NCBI GenBank assembly: GCA_048885925.1
Contig: JBHLLG010000025.1
Location: 1 to 37,963, forward strand
Source of the DNA: Candidatus Hermodarchaeota archaeon
GTDB lineage: Archaea > Asgardarchaeota > Lokiarchaeia > Sigyniarchaeales > SOKP01
Direction of reading: 5' to 3'
DNA: 37,963 nucleotides
Shown one piece after another: positions 19,210 to 28,660 of this stretch. Position numbers and translations under genes: made by a program. The notes under the pieces were generated by a model. The model was not told the DNA's origin and did not search any database. It worked only from the letters and a program-made list of their open reading frames with translations. The number at the start of each line of letters is the position of its first letter. The first letter of the stretch is position 1.

Positions 19210-20119
19210 CCGTATCTAATATTATAGTATGCTCTTCTTGAGCTACAGGCTCTTTAGTTTTTTCAATTAAAATATAATATTTATCTAAAACTTTTTTTCC
19301 TAAGAGAAAATCAATACTTCTCTGTATTTTATTTTTAGGGATAAAATTTTGTTTTTCTATCCACCGTGGTGAGAATGGAAGATGTTTGAAGTGTTTTTCA
19401 ATTTTATTTATATATGACAAATATTCATAAGGCATATTTTTTTTAATTTTTTTAATAAATCTTAAAATATACCAATTATTGCCATTCTCCACCTTACCTA
19501 CCCCAGAAGTCGCAAAAGGTTCACAAGCATATGCATCTCCAGGTTTTAATTCTTGATTATGCAATTTTTCTTTATAATTTGGAATAAAAAGCCCAGCATG
19601 AAGATCAAATCGTTTCATTTCATGACCTCCTAAATTTACAATAGGCTTTAAACCAAAATTTATAATTTTTTGAGCAATCGCTTCTCCTAATTCGTATAAT
19701 TTTGTTCCTGGAGCAAATAATTGAATGGCAGCATCAAGAGCTTCTTTCGCGGCTTCAATATAAACTTGTAGCTTAGGATCTTCATCAATATTAATTGTAA
19801 ATGCTGAGTCTGCAATATAACCATTGTAATGTGCACCAATATCAATTTTTAATAGTCCTTTTTCTGGAACTATAGTTTGATCATCAATTAAAGGGCTATA
19901 ATGAGCTGCAATTTCGTTTAAAGAAATATTAATAGGAAATGCTAGTTCACACTCATTATTTATTACTTCAGCTTCACATAAATTTGCGATTTCTAAAAAA
20001 GTTTCCCCTGGTGCTATAATTCTTTTCGCTAATTTCTTAGCAGCTATGACTCCTTTACCTGCTTTGATATAATCTTGTATATAATTATTTGGCATTTCTT
20101 TCAAATGTTTTGCTATCAT
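19178..20119 (-). CDS. map: Methionine aminopeptidase type II
   Basis: AFP.N.S.NE.AAHY, KIDIGAHYNGYIADSAFT, NLGGH, LHAG, EPFAT and AQEEHT. Confidence 0.96.
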   Translation of the reverse strand: MIAKHLKEMPNNYIQDYIKAGKGVIAAKKLAKRIIAPGETFLEIANLCEAEVINNECELAFPINISLNEIAAHYSPLIDDQTIVPEKGLLKIDIGAHYNGYIADSAFTINIDEDPKLQVYIEAAKEALDAAIQLFAPGTKLYELGEAIAQKIINFGLKPIVNLGGHEMKRFDLHAGLFIPNYKEKLHNQELKPGDAYACEPFATSGVGKVENGNNWYILRFIKKIKKNMPYEYLSYINKIEKHFKHLPFSPRWIEKQNFIPKNKIQRSIDFLLGKKVLDKYYILIEKTKEPVAQEEHTIILDTDGNRIVTTQD

Positions 20120-20137
20120 TCTCCTTTAGGATAATTC

Positions 20138-21457
20138 TTATGGAGTTAATCGATCTGGTGTTCTAGGATACATAACTGCTTCTCGGATGTCTTCTAATCC
20201 ACATAGGATAGTTAGCCATCGATCAATACCTAACCCAAAACCTGCATGTGGAGGCATACCATAATCGAATGTATTAAGGTGTGAAGTGAATGCTAAAGGA
20301 TTGAGCCCTTTTTCTTCAAGTGCCCTTATAATTTGTTCTTTATTGTGAACTCTAGTACCCCCTGATGTTAGTTCCAACATTCCTTTTTGTAAATCAAAAG
20401 ATTCACTGTATTTAGGATTTTTTGAAGGCATAATATAAAAAGGTTTTATAGACATTGGCCAGTGAGTAATATAATAGTAATCTTCAATTTCATCCCCTAA
20501 TCTTCTATAAGCCTCAGTAGAAATATCTTCTCCAAACTCAATATTAAAATCAAACTTATTATTAATTAAATCAATTACTTCCTCATATTTATATCTTGGA
20601 AAGGGAATTTCTGGAATAATTGTTGTATTTTCCATTTTTAAAAATTTCAATGCTGATAATTGATTTTTTCTTATATCTTTAATGACATTATGAACTATTT
20701 CTTCTAATATTTCAAGAATATCTTCCATTGTAGAGAAAGCCATCTCAACATCTAAAGTAAAAATCTCACAAATATGTCTTTTTGTTCTACTTTTTTCAGC
20801 TCTAAAGCAATCACTAATTTCAAAAACTCTCTCATATACTCCACTCAATTGTTCCTTATATAATTGTGCAGATTGAGTAAGAAACGCTTCTTTTTCAAAA
20901 TAGATAATAGGGAATAATTCAGTACCCCCTTCTGTTGCGGAACCTATAATTTTGGGAGTTGTTATTTCAGTAAAATCTCTTTGAAATAAAAATTTCCTAA
21001 TTGATCTGAGTAATTCTCCTCTAATCTCGAAAATAGCTTGATTTTTTAGAGACCTTAAATCCAAGGCTCGATGATTTAATCTAATGTCTAATTCTGATAT
21101 GGTTTCTCCAGTCATATCTATTGGAAGCTTTTCAGGAGTGACATTCAATATCTTTATTTCTGAAGGGATGATTTCTATACCCCCTGGTGCTTCATCAAAA
21201 GCTTTAACAATACCTTTTACCATTAAACAGTATTGGTATCCAATTTTAGCTTTTTCAAACAATTCATCTGAAACACTTCCCTTTTTCAAAGTTATTTGAC
21301 GTTCTCCATACTTATCTTGTAAAGAGATAAACTTTAACCCTCCTAGATCTCTAAAATTACGAACCCATCCACCTATAATTACTTCTTTACCGTCTAAATC
21401 TGGTGAAATTTCTTTAGTATAATGTGTTTTTCTCCAATCTCCTAGATCATCTAGCAT
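20138..21457 (-). CDS. aspS: Aspartate-tRNA ligase, archaeal type (probably non-discriminating)
   Basis: OB fold GWV...RDLGG, motif 2 QSAQLYKE...FRAE...LDVEMAF, ELTSGGTRVH and motif 3 GMPPHAGFGLGIDR; Pro in the APGG anticodon loop. Confidence 0.93.
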   Translation of the reverse strand: MLDDLGDWRKTHYTKEISPDLDGKEVIIGGWVRNFRDLGGLKFISLQDKYGERQITLKKGSVSDELFEKAKIGYQYCLMVKGIVKAFDEAPGGIEIIPSEIKILNVTPEKLPIDMTGETISELDIRLNHRALDLRSLKNQAIFEIRGELLRSIRKFLFQRDFTEITTPKIIGSATEGGTELFPIIYFEKEAFLTQSAQLYKEQLSGVYERVFEISDCFRAEKSRTKRHICEIFTLDVEMAFSTMEDILEILEEIVHNVIKDIRKNQLSALKFLKMENTTIIPEIPFPRYKYEEVIDLINNKFDFNIEFGEDISTEAYRRLGDEIEDYYYITHWPMSIKPFYIMPSKNPKYSESFDLQKGMLELTSGGTRVHNKEQIIRALEEKGLNPLAFTSHLNTFDYGMPPHAGFGLGIDRWLTILCGLEDIREAVMYPRTPDRLTP

Positions 21458-21548
21458 ATATTCTCATCAATTTGTTATTTATTATACAAAAAATATAATT
21501 TTAAAAGTTAAATTAAAAATTAAATTTTTCTTTTCCTATCTATTATTT

Positions 21549-23036
21549 ATGGTAATTTTGAAATGGAAAGGCAAAAATGAAAAAAGTGATTTCTTTCTAA
21601 AAAATAGCGATACTCATCCTTTTCATATAATTGATAATTATCCTGTTTCTGGAATAGGTTTAAAATCAGAAAAAGAATGGCATAATCTACTAATTTGGGG
21701 CGAAAATAAGCAAGTTTTAAAATCATTATTAAATGATTTCAAAAAAAAAATTTCTCTAATTTATATTGATCCTCCATTTGCTACAGGTGGAGATTTCAAT
21801 CTTAAAATTCAAATAGGAGAGGATGGTAATTTTTTAGATAATGTAGCCTATAAGGATAAATGGGAGGAAGGATTGGACTCATATTTAGACTTCTTATATG
21901 AAAGACTTAATATAATGAAAAAATTATTAGCTAACTCTGGTTCTATATATGTACATTTAGATTGGCATATCTCTCACTATGTAAAACTAATAATGGATGA
22001 AATATTTGGAATTGAAAACTTTAGAAATGAAATAATTTGGGCATATCCTGCTGCTTCAGTCAAAACAAGGAGATTTTTTATTAGATCATATGATACTATT
22101 CTTTTTTATTCACGATCAGACGACTACATTTTTAATGACGACCCGAATATCTATCAAGAATTTTCAGATCGAGTAAAAAATGCATTAAAAAAAGATGATA
22201 AAGGAATATTTTATTATAGAGGGGGAAGTCACAATGGAAAGAAGTTATCGAGAAAAGTTTATGTAGAAAAAGAAGGAATCTTTCCTAGGGACCTCTGGAG
22301 AGATATTCCATATATCCGAGCTAACACTTTAGAATATCAAGGTTTTTCCACCCAAAAACCAGAACGTCTTTTAAAAAGAATCATTTTAGCTTCTACAAAT
22401 ACGAGTGATCTTGTAGCAGATTTTTTTTGTGGTTCTGGTACTACTCTAGCAGTAGCAGAAAAACTTGGAAGACGTTGGATTGGATGTGATTCAAATTGGC
22501 AATCGATTCATATGACCAGAAAAAGAATTCTCGATGTTAAAAAAAGTAATGATATTTTAAATTGGTCGAAGCCTTACAAGAGAGAATATAAATCCTTTAA
22601 AATGTTAAGCCTTAACAAGAAAAATGAATTAGCATCATTGCCAAAAGTATTTTGGAATAAAAATGTCATTGATGAAGATATTTTTAAAATTAGTGACGCT
22701 TCAAATATAAAATTAAAAGTCCATCAGAATAAAAATGAAGTCAAGGTGGAATTGATTGAATATAAAATATGTTTTGAGGAACTATTATCTAAAGATGTAA
22801 AAGAAAATGTTAAATCCTATTCAGATTGGATTGACTATTGGTCTATTGATTTTGATTATCAAAGTAAAGATTTTAAAAATATTTGGTTTTCTTATAGAAC
22901 TCCTAAAACTAGGAAAATAAGGTTAATATCTAATTCTTATTATTATAAAGATCCCGGAGATTATATGATTCTAATTAAGACGATTGATATTTTAGGGCTA
23001 GAAACAACAAAATCCTTTAATGTTAAGATTATTTGA
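21549..23036 (+). CDS. Beta-class N6-adenine/N4-cytosine DNA methyltransferase (Mod-like), no adjacent restriction gene
   Basis: LIYIDPPF (motif IV) precedes TQKPERLL and DFFCGSGTT (motif I); C-terminal DWIDYWSIDFDY segment. Confidence 0.93.
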   Translation: MVILKWKGKNEKSDFFLKNSDTHPFHIIDNYPVSGIGLKSEKEWHNLLIWGENKQVLKSLLNDFKKKISLIYIDPPFATGGDFNLKIQIGEDGNFLDNVAYKDKWEEGLDSYLDFLYERLNIMKKLLANSGSIYVHLDWHISHYVKLIMDEIFGIENFRNEIIWAYPAASVKTRRFFIRSYDTILFYSRSDDYIFNDDPNIYQEFSDRVKNALKKDDKGIFYYRGGSHNGKKLSRKVYVEKEGIFPRDLWRDIPYIRANTLEYQGFSTQKPERLLKRIILASTNTSDLVADFFCGSGTTLAVAEKLGRRWIGCDSNWQSIHMTRKRILDVKKSNDILNWSKPYKREYKSFKMLSLNKKNELASLPKVFWNKNVIDEDIFKISDASNIKLKVHQNKNEVKVELIEYKICFEELLSKDVKENVKSYSDWIDYWSIDFDYQSKDFKNIWFSYRTPKTRKIRLISNSYYYKDPGDYMILIKTIDILGLETTKSFNVKII

Positions 23037-24414
23037 TGAATTCTCTTATTAACATTGTTGCATAACTTCCTTTTTGAAGAGAAAATTCTAATTTGACCTT
23101 TTTCTTTCCTGGGTTCAATTCATCATCATTTAATTCTAATAATTTTAACATTATTGGCTTAGTTGTCATTGCTCTAATAGATCCTTTAAATTCTGGTTCG
23201 TGATTTAAATTATTATTAAATATAGCCATGTTAATTTTTTCTTGTTTTAAAATATCCTCGTATAATGGTTTCATTACAGGAAATTCATCTAGATTTGTGT
23301 TAGTACCAAGAATAGGGATTATTATTGCTGCTCGATTTAGTTCTAATGCTTTTTTGAGAAATTTATCATAAGCTTCACCAAAGAGATATTTTACATGAGT
23401 AATATTTCCATTATAGTCATCTAAAATGCTAATTACATCACCCTTAATAGGTTTATACAAATTAAAGCCTTTCTCAAGTCTTAATGAAATAATCCTATTA
23501 AAGAGATAAGATTGAAAAGAGCTAACTAATAATTTCTTCAAATCGGTATGTAGTGTGTCAATACTACCTTTATAATCTTCTGGGTTCTCAATCAAATATT
23601 GAATCATGTTTTTTTCATATTTCAAATTATTTGGGAAACTTTGATATGCTTTTTGAAAATCTCTTGAATTCTGAAATTCTCTTCTTACGTTTTTAGATTC
23701 TAATGATTCAGTAGAATAAGTTGTTGATACAAATTCCTCAAAGGCTTCCTTAAACTTGCCTTCTAGAATATATCGTCCAACTATATGTGAATTGGGTCTA
23801 TAAGTCCCAAATCTTTGAAGTCCAAAATAGTTAGGAAATCCAAATTCATTTAAAAATTTAATATATTTCTCTACCTTATTTTTTAGATTCAAACTATTTT
23901 CTATATTTCTTAGAATAATTGTAAAATGGTTTCCGCGGTGGCTGCCAAGTTTAACAGGTTTTCTTGTTGGAAATATATTTCTAATGAAAATATCTTTTAG
24001 TTTTAAATTTCTTAATTCTTCGACATAATCCCCTTTTACAGAGATCTTTTGTACGGAAATAGAAAATTTATCCTTAAGTCCTGAATAATTAAAGTAATCG
24101 TAAGGAACTTTTAGCTTTTTGCTAATTTTCTTTATTGCCTCGAAGGTATCCATATAAATTTTTACTAGGTTAAAGGTTGTATATCGATCTTTTAACTCTT
24201 CAGAAAAAGAGTGAGTTTTAATGTCTTCTTTAATATCAAGGATTTTTCCATTATTAATGATCTCTCTAACAACAAAATCTTTTAAATTTCTTTTATATTC
24301 TCCTCCTATGATCCCCATCTTATTTGTAGCATAAGACTGAATTCCTACAAACTTTTCTACTTCTCTTTCACTATTTTCTTTAAAAGAATAAGTATCTTTT
24401 TCTTGTTCTGACAA
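23029..24414 (-). CDS. truD: tRNA pseudouridine(13) synthase
   Basis: DFVVRE, SGLKDK, GNHFTI.LR, FPNYFGLQRFG, SFQSYLFN and FSLQKGSYATMLIRE; TTG start. Confidence 0.96.
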   Translation of the reverse strand: MSEQEKDTYSFKENSEREVEKFVGIQSYATNKMGIIGGEYKRNLKDFVVREIINNGKILDIKEDIKTHSFSEELKDRYTTFNLVKIYMDTFEAIKKISKKLKVPYDYFNYSGLKDKFSISVQKISVKGDYVEELRNLKLKDIFIRNIFPTRKPVKLGSHRGNHFTIILRNIENSLNLKNKVEKYIKFLNEFGFPNYFGLQRFGTYRPNSHIVGRYILEGKFKEAFEEFVSTTYSTESLESKNVRREFQNSRDFQKAYQSFPNNLKYEKNMIQYLIENPEDYKGSIDTLHTDLKKLLVSSFQSYLFNRIISLRLEKGFNLYKPIKGDVISILDDYNGNITHVKYLFGEAYDKFLKKALELNRAAIIIPILGTNTNLDEFPVMKPLYEDILKQEKINMAIFNNNLNHEPEFKGSIRAMTTKPIMLKLLELNDDELNPGKKKVKLEFSLQKGSYATMLIREFIK

Positions 24415-24436
24415 TTTTTATCTTATAGTTACAATA

Positions 24437-24793
24437 TTATAATAGTTTTAAGTCTCCAGTAAATTTATCTATCTCAGATGAAAGAATAGGACCAATCCCA
24501 ACAGCTGTTATTGTGCCAGGTGCTAATTGTGTCAATCCCGCATCACTTACAACAAAATTTGGAATTTTATTCAATTCAAGTTTATTTACTAATTCTTTTA
24601 ATTGTTCAAGACTATCGATTTTTAAGACAACTTTTTTTTGTCCAGTATTCTTCCAATTCTTCCAAACAGGTTTATTCTGGACTCGAACTAAATCAGATGC
24701 GGAGATACTAGCATGACATGATTGAACACATTTTTTCCCTGTACCCATCTTTAAATCCATTCTGACTAAAATAACCTGTTTATATTCTTCCAT
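24437..24793 (-). CDS. pth2: Peptidyl-tRNA hydrolase, Pth2 family
   Basis: [15 protein letters not shown]...[25 protein letters not shown] and TGDLKLL. Confidence 0.97.
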   Translation of the reverse strand: MEEYKQVILVRMDLKMGTGKKCVQSCHASISASDLVRVQNKPVWKNWKNTGQKKVVLKIDSLEQLKELVNKLELNKIPNFVVSDAGLTQLAPGTITAVGIGPILSSEIDKFTGDLKLL

Positions 24794-24840
24794 AATAAAC
24801 CTATTAAATATTAAGAAAGTAGTTAATTAAACATTACTAA

Positions 24841-25362
24841 TTATTGAAATTCAACTCTAGTAACTTTTTCAGTTAACTCGTAAATTAAATCCTCGAGTTC
24901 TTCTTTAGTAAATAAAAATTTTTCCCTATCCTCCTCCCAAAGGACAGCCCTGAATTCAATATCACCAGTAGCTAAAAAAATTTCGTTCAAAGATACTAGT
25001 TTATATGGAGCAATCAAAGCTTCAACAACAGGGCGAGGTTTATTAGTTTTTTCAATTAGAATTATCTTATCAATTTCATAAGTTTCTTTGATCCAATCTA
25101 ACAATTCTTGAGTTATTTTCAATTTATCTTTTCTCCCAACAACTAATATTACTACATCTTCGTAATCAATAGCTTTATAAAATGAAATATTTTTAAGATA
25201 ACCAAATTGCTCCTGTTCTTCCTCTAGTTGCATAAGATCTCTTGCTAAATCAATCTCAAACTCTGTAATTTCTCCAGTATCAAGTCTAGATTGACAGTTA
25301 GAACATAAAAAACCGGAATTTATGCAAGTTTTATCCGCAGGTAATACTTTAACCTTTATCAA
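24841..25362 (-). CDS. Archaeal NusA-like transcription elongation factor homolog (Cys-rich N-terminus, KH-like)
   Basis: CINSGFLCSNCQ..LD.GEITE.E, L.APY, and position upstream of pth2-truD. Confidence 0.7.
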   Translation of the reverse strand: MIKVKVLPADKTCINSGFLCSNCQSRLDTGEITEFEIDLARDLMQLEEEQEQFGYLKNISFYKAIDYEDVVILVVGRKDKLKITQELLDWIKETYEIDKIILIEKTNKPRPVVEALIAPYKLVSLNEIFLATGDIEFRAVLWEEDREKFLFTKEELEDLIYELTEKVTRVEFQ

Positions 25363-25689
25363 CTCTACAGAGTAATTTAAGAATATGAAGTAATCTCATA
25401 GTTTTTTAAAATTTTCTATATACATTTTCTAAATATCTCAATTTAGAACTCAAGATTCTTTGTATGCAAATATTAATATCTAATTAATTTTTTCTTTTTA
25501 GATATATCCTTTTTATATTGATTAATTCGTATTATTTCTTACTTTTTTGAATTATTAGGATACTCATTAAATTCTTTTTTATTCCTTCTTATTTTTGGTC
25601 TTTTTACGCATTAATTATAAAGAATTTTGTAACCCTTTAATCTGTTTAAGTTTTGCTTTATGTACATCAATTAGAATATTCTGTAAAAC

Positions 25690-25935
25690 ATTTTAGAATA
25701 ATTCAATGATTCTTTTTTTTATCTAAATAACAATTTAGCCTTAATTTTCTATCTTTTATTTCTTCTTTAAGAGATTTAGCTTCTGTTTGGTATTCTATAA
25801 ATTTCTCATCATCTCGAAGTTTTTCAGAGATCTCAATTAAATTCCTTGAAATCTCATACTTTTGAATGAAATTCTCTTCGATTAGATATTTGGATTTTAA
25901 TTCTTCTCTTTTTTTAATAAATCTTCTCTTATATT
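25690..25935 (-). pseudogene. Frameshifted fragment homologous to the 3' half of the longin-like gene 32156-33082
   Basis: IEENFIQKYEISRNLIEISEKLRDDEKFIEYQTEAKSLKEEIKDRKLRL versus IEENFIKKFEMSKKLIEISEKLRDEEKFIEYQTQSKSLKDEIRDRKLRL. Homology continues out of frame across A-runs on both sides (REDL upstream; ESLNYSK versus ESLEYSK downstream). Confidence 0.85.
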
Positions 25936-26001
25936 GATGATTTACTGACAAAATATTATTAATAACAAGAAAAAAAAAATTAAAAATTAGATTTAATTTG
26001 G

Positions 26002-28443
26002 CTATAGTGTAATTTTTATTAATTCTATGTCGGTATAGATTTGATTGATCCTATAAATTAAAACGTCAGCTAATTCTTGAGAAATTTTTCCTCTATTCAA
26101 TAAGCAATCAACATTCCATATTGCTTGATCTAGTTGTTTTTGAGCACTTGTTAGGATACATTCTATATCTTGGTTCATTGAGATTTTGAACACTGCTTTT
26201 TCTAATTTGTGTATAGCTGCTCTAAGTAAATTATTTAAGCACCATCTATTACAGTAACTAATTTTTTCTTCAATAAAATCTACTAGATTTAATAAATCAA
26301 TTTCAATATTAGCAATCTCATAAGCTTGTTCTAATCCAGTTGAAACGCCCATTAGAATAACGATATTATCTCTAATGGAATGGATTGAATCAATAATATA
26401 TTCTACGTTTTCATCATCAATTAAATCTAATTTACCAAAAATCTCCACTTTAAATTCAGCAATTTGAATCATTATTTTCGCTATAGCATCATGAAATAAG
26501 CCACAGGTTATTTTACCATTTTCAACATAATTAAAAGCTTTTTGTAATTGTTCTTGAGCTAAGCATAATTTTCTATTAAGTATTTGGGCAAGAAATGAAC
26601 ACAGATTATTTTCTATGTATATCTTTAACTCTTCTAATTGCCAATAAACATAATTATAGGCATTATTCAATGTAATTTTAATTGTCTTTGAAGTATATCT
26701 TGTTTCTTCATCACCAATCCAATCTTGATCGTTATTTGTTGCATAAATTGATATTGTATAGTTACCAATTTTTAAAGGGATTGAAATGGTATAAAAAATA
26801 TCCTCCTCTGAAATAAATCCTGATGTTATAATATTTCCATTTTGATCTTTCACTTCATATTCAGCTGTACCGTAACTATCAATTATTCCATCATTTTCAA
26901 TGATTTTTATATTCCAATTAAAGGTTGTATAATCAAATTCATTTATAATAATTTCTGGAGGAGTAATATCATCATCAATAATCGTAACTGTCTCTGGACC
27001 ATAATAACTCGTTTCTTGATCATCTTCTCTATCGTTATCTGCATTTGCAGCACTCACTTCAATTTTATGATCTTCAGGGATATTGGGAACACTATAATTC
27101 CCTTCGATAATTCCACTTTGAATACCATCAATTAAGATTGAAATAGAGTCCACTCCGCTTTCGGGATCAGAAACTTGTACATTCCATTGACCAGGATCGC
27201 TATCAAGAGAAACTCCTGAATATTGAACATTTATTATTGGACCTGTAGTATCATCATCATTTATTGAAATTATATTCGATATCATGTTAGTTTCTTGATC
27301 AATTGTACCTCTATCAAGATCATTATTCCAAGCCTCTACTTTAATTTCATGTTGACCTAATGAATTCGGGACATTATAATTACCCGTAGAAGATCCAGCT
27401 AATAAATCATCGACATAAACTCTAACTTTTTTGATACCACTCTCAGGATCACTTACAGAAACCTTCCAAAATCCAGGATTTTCATCAGTTAATTCTCCAT
27501 TGTAATCAATATGTATTTGTGGTATACTGGTATCATCGTCGATAATATTAACATAATCATACTTTTCACTCCATAATCTATCATCATATCTATCATTATC
27601 ATTATCTTCAGCATAGATATAAAATATATGAGTACCTAACGAATTTGGTATCATTTGTGAACCAGATTCTTTCAAAAATGCGATTAATTTGCCGTCAACA
27701 TAAACAGATAAATCAAAAAATGAGCTTTGATCTGATACAATCCATGAAAACGTTCCAGGATTTCCATCTGTTCTTGTAACTATTCCTGTTGGGTTAATAG
27801 ATGTTGGTAATGTGGTTTGGATAGAAGGAGGATCACTATCATCGTCTAAAAAACTTAAAGAGCCTGCAGATTTCAGTATTGAGGTTAGATGATAAGTATT
27901 TCCTCCAGAATTTACTTTCAAATCTGATTTAACAAGAAAATAAGTCTCTATTGCATACCATATAAAACTATTTGTTGGAGAATTATAACACTTCCAGGTC
28001 TTAATATTTCCAATATTAGGAACATATAGTAATTCTTTTCCAATTACACCAAATATTCTATCATGATCACCCATACTAATAATTAAACTTCCACCGACAC
28101 GTAAATAATATTTGGGTGCGATATAAGGATCATGAGTATAATCAGAATAAATACTATTGCTATTATGAATCATTCTAGATTCTAAATCAACAGTCCAAGT
28201 CCAATGTTGACCATCATAGGACCCCCCTATAATGGTAAACTCTGCATTATAACTCTCTGAATCAGTATAAGTATATATTAAGTGTCCATCAAATACATCA
28301 GAATTTAATGTACAATCATATATTAAATCACAAACAACATTTGGGGACCCATTAAGGAACATTGAGAAGCAGTTAGAAATGGGCATTACTAATATTAGCA
28401 TTAAAAATAATATTATTTTTGCCTTTTGAAATTTAGATTTCAT
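26002..28443 (-). CDS. Secreted protein with four acidic Ig-like repeats and a helical C-terminal region
   Basis: Signal peptide MKSKFQKAKIILFLMLILVMP; repeats begin DDDxxxP and contain W...VSD.ESG, V.VDG, P...G.H.I...A.N.D.DR. Confidence 0.85.
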   Translation of the reverse strand: MKSKFQKAKIILFLMLILVMPISNCFSMFLNGSPNVVCDLIYDCTLNSDVFDGHLIYTYTDSESYNAEFTIIGGSYDGQHWTWTVDLESRMIHNSNSIYSDYTHDPYIAPKYYLRVGGSLIISMGDHDRIFGVIGKELLYVPNIGNIKTWKCYNSPTNSFIWYAIETYFLVKSDLKVNSGGNTYHLTSILKSAGSLSFLDDDSDPPSIQTTLPTSINPTGIVTRTDGNPGTFSWIVSDQSSFFDLSVYVDGKLIAFLKESGSQMIPNSLGTHIFYIYAEDNDNDRYDDRLWSEKYDYVNIIDDDTSIPQIHIDYNGELTDENPGFWKVSVSDPESGIKKVRVYVDDLLAGSSTGNYNVPNSLGQHEIKVEAWNNDLDRGTIDQETNMISNIISINDDDTTGPIINVQYSGVSLDSDPGQWNVQVSDPESGVDSISILIDGIQSGIIEGNYSVPNIPEDHKIEVSAANADNDREDDQETSYYGPETVTIIDDDITPPEIIINEFDYTTFNWNIKIIENDGIIDSYGTAEYEVKDQNGNIITSGFISEEDIFYTISIPLKIGNYTISIYATNNDQDWIGDEETRYTSKTIKITLNNAYNYVYWQLEELKIYIENNLCSFLAQILNRKLCLAQEQLQKAFNYVENGKITCGLFHDAIAKIMIQIAEFKVEIFGKLDLIDDENVEYIIDSIHSIRDNIVILMGVSTGLEQAYEIANIEIDLLNLVDFIEEKISYCNRWCLNNLLRAAIHKLEKAVFKISMNQDIECILTSAQKQLDQAIWNVDCLLNRGKISQELADVLIYRINQIYTDIELIKITL
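26670..27846 (-). repeat. Four tandem 94-102 aa protein repeats inside the 813-aa ORF
   Basis: DDD triplets at 27838-27846, 27532-27540, 27250-27258 and 26968-26976 (spacing 306, 282 and 282 nt). Confidence 0.85.
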
Positions 28444-28660
28444 AACCTATTATCTCATTTAAATCTTAAAAATCTAATTTTTATTTGATTATTATCTTTT
28501 TAATTAGATATCGGTTAATAAATATTAAGTTTGACCAGATTTATAAATATAAATATTTTTAAATAAACGTAAGCAAATATACCATAACTAAATAATTTAC
28601 TAAGAAAGAGAAAAATATTAAATTAAATTTTGTAATTGATTTTTGGGGTAAAAGAATAAT

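Noticed and set aside
20138-21457. Possible AsnRS or hybrid synthetase (QSAQLY and FRAEKSRT look AsnRS-like)
   Set aside because: Aspartate-specifying residues are present (Lys in QLYK, Asp in LDVEM, SGGxR), and the pattern fits archaeal non-discriminating AspRS.
28540-28547. Palindromic TTTATAAA as a bidirectional TATA box between the divergent island genes
   Set aside because: Plausible, but indistinguishable from background in DNA this AT-rich.
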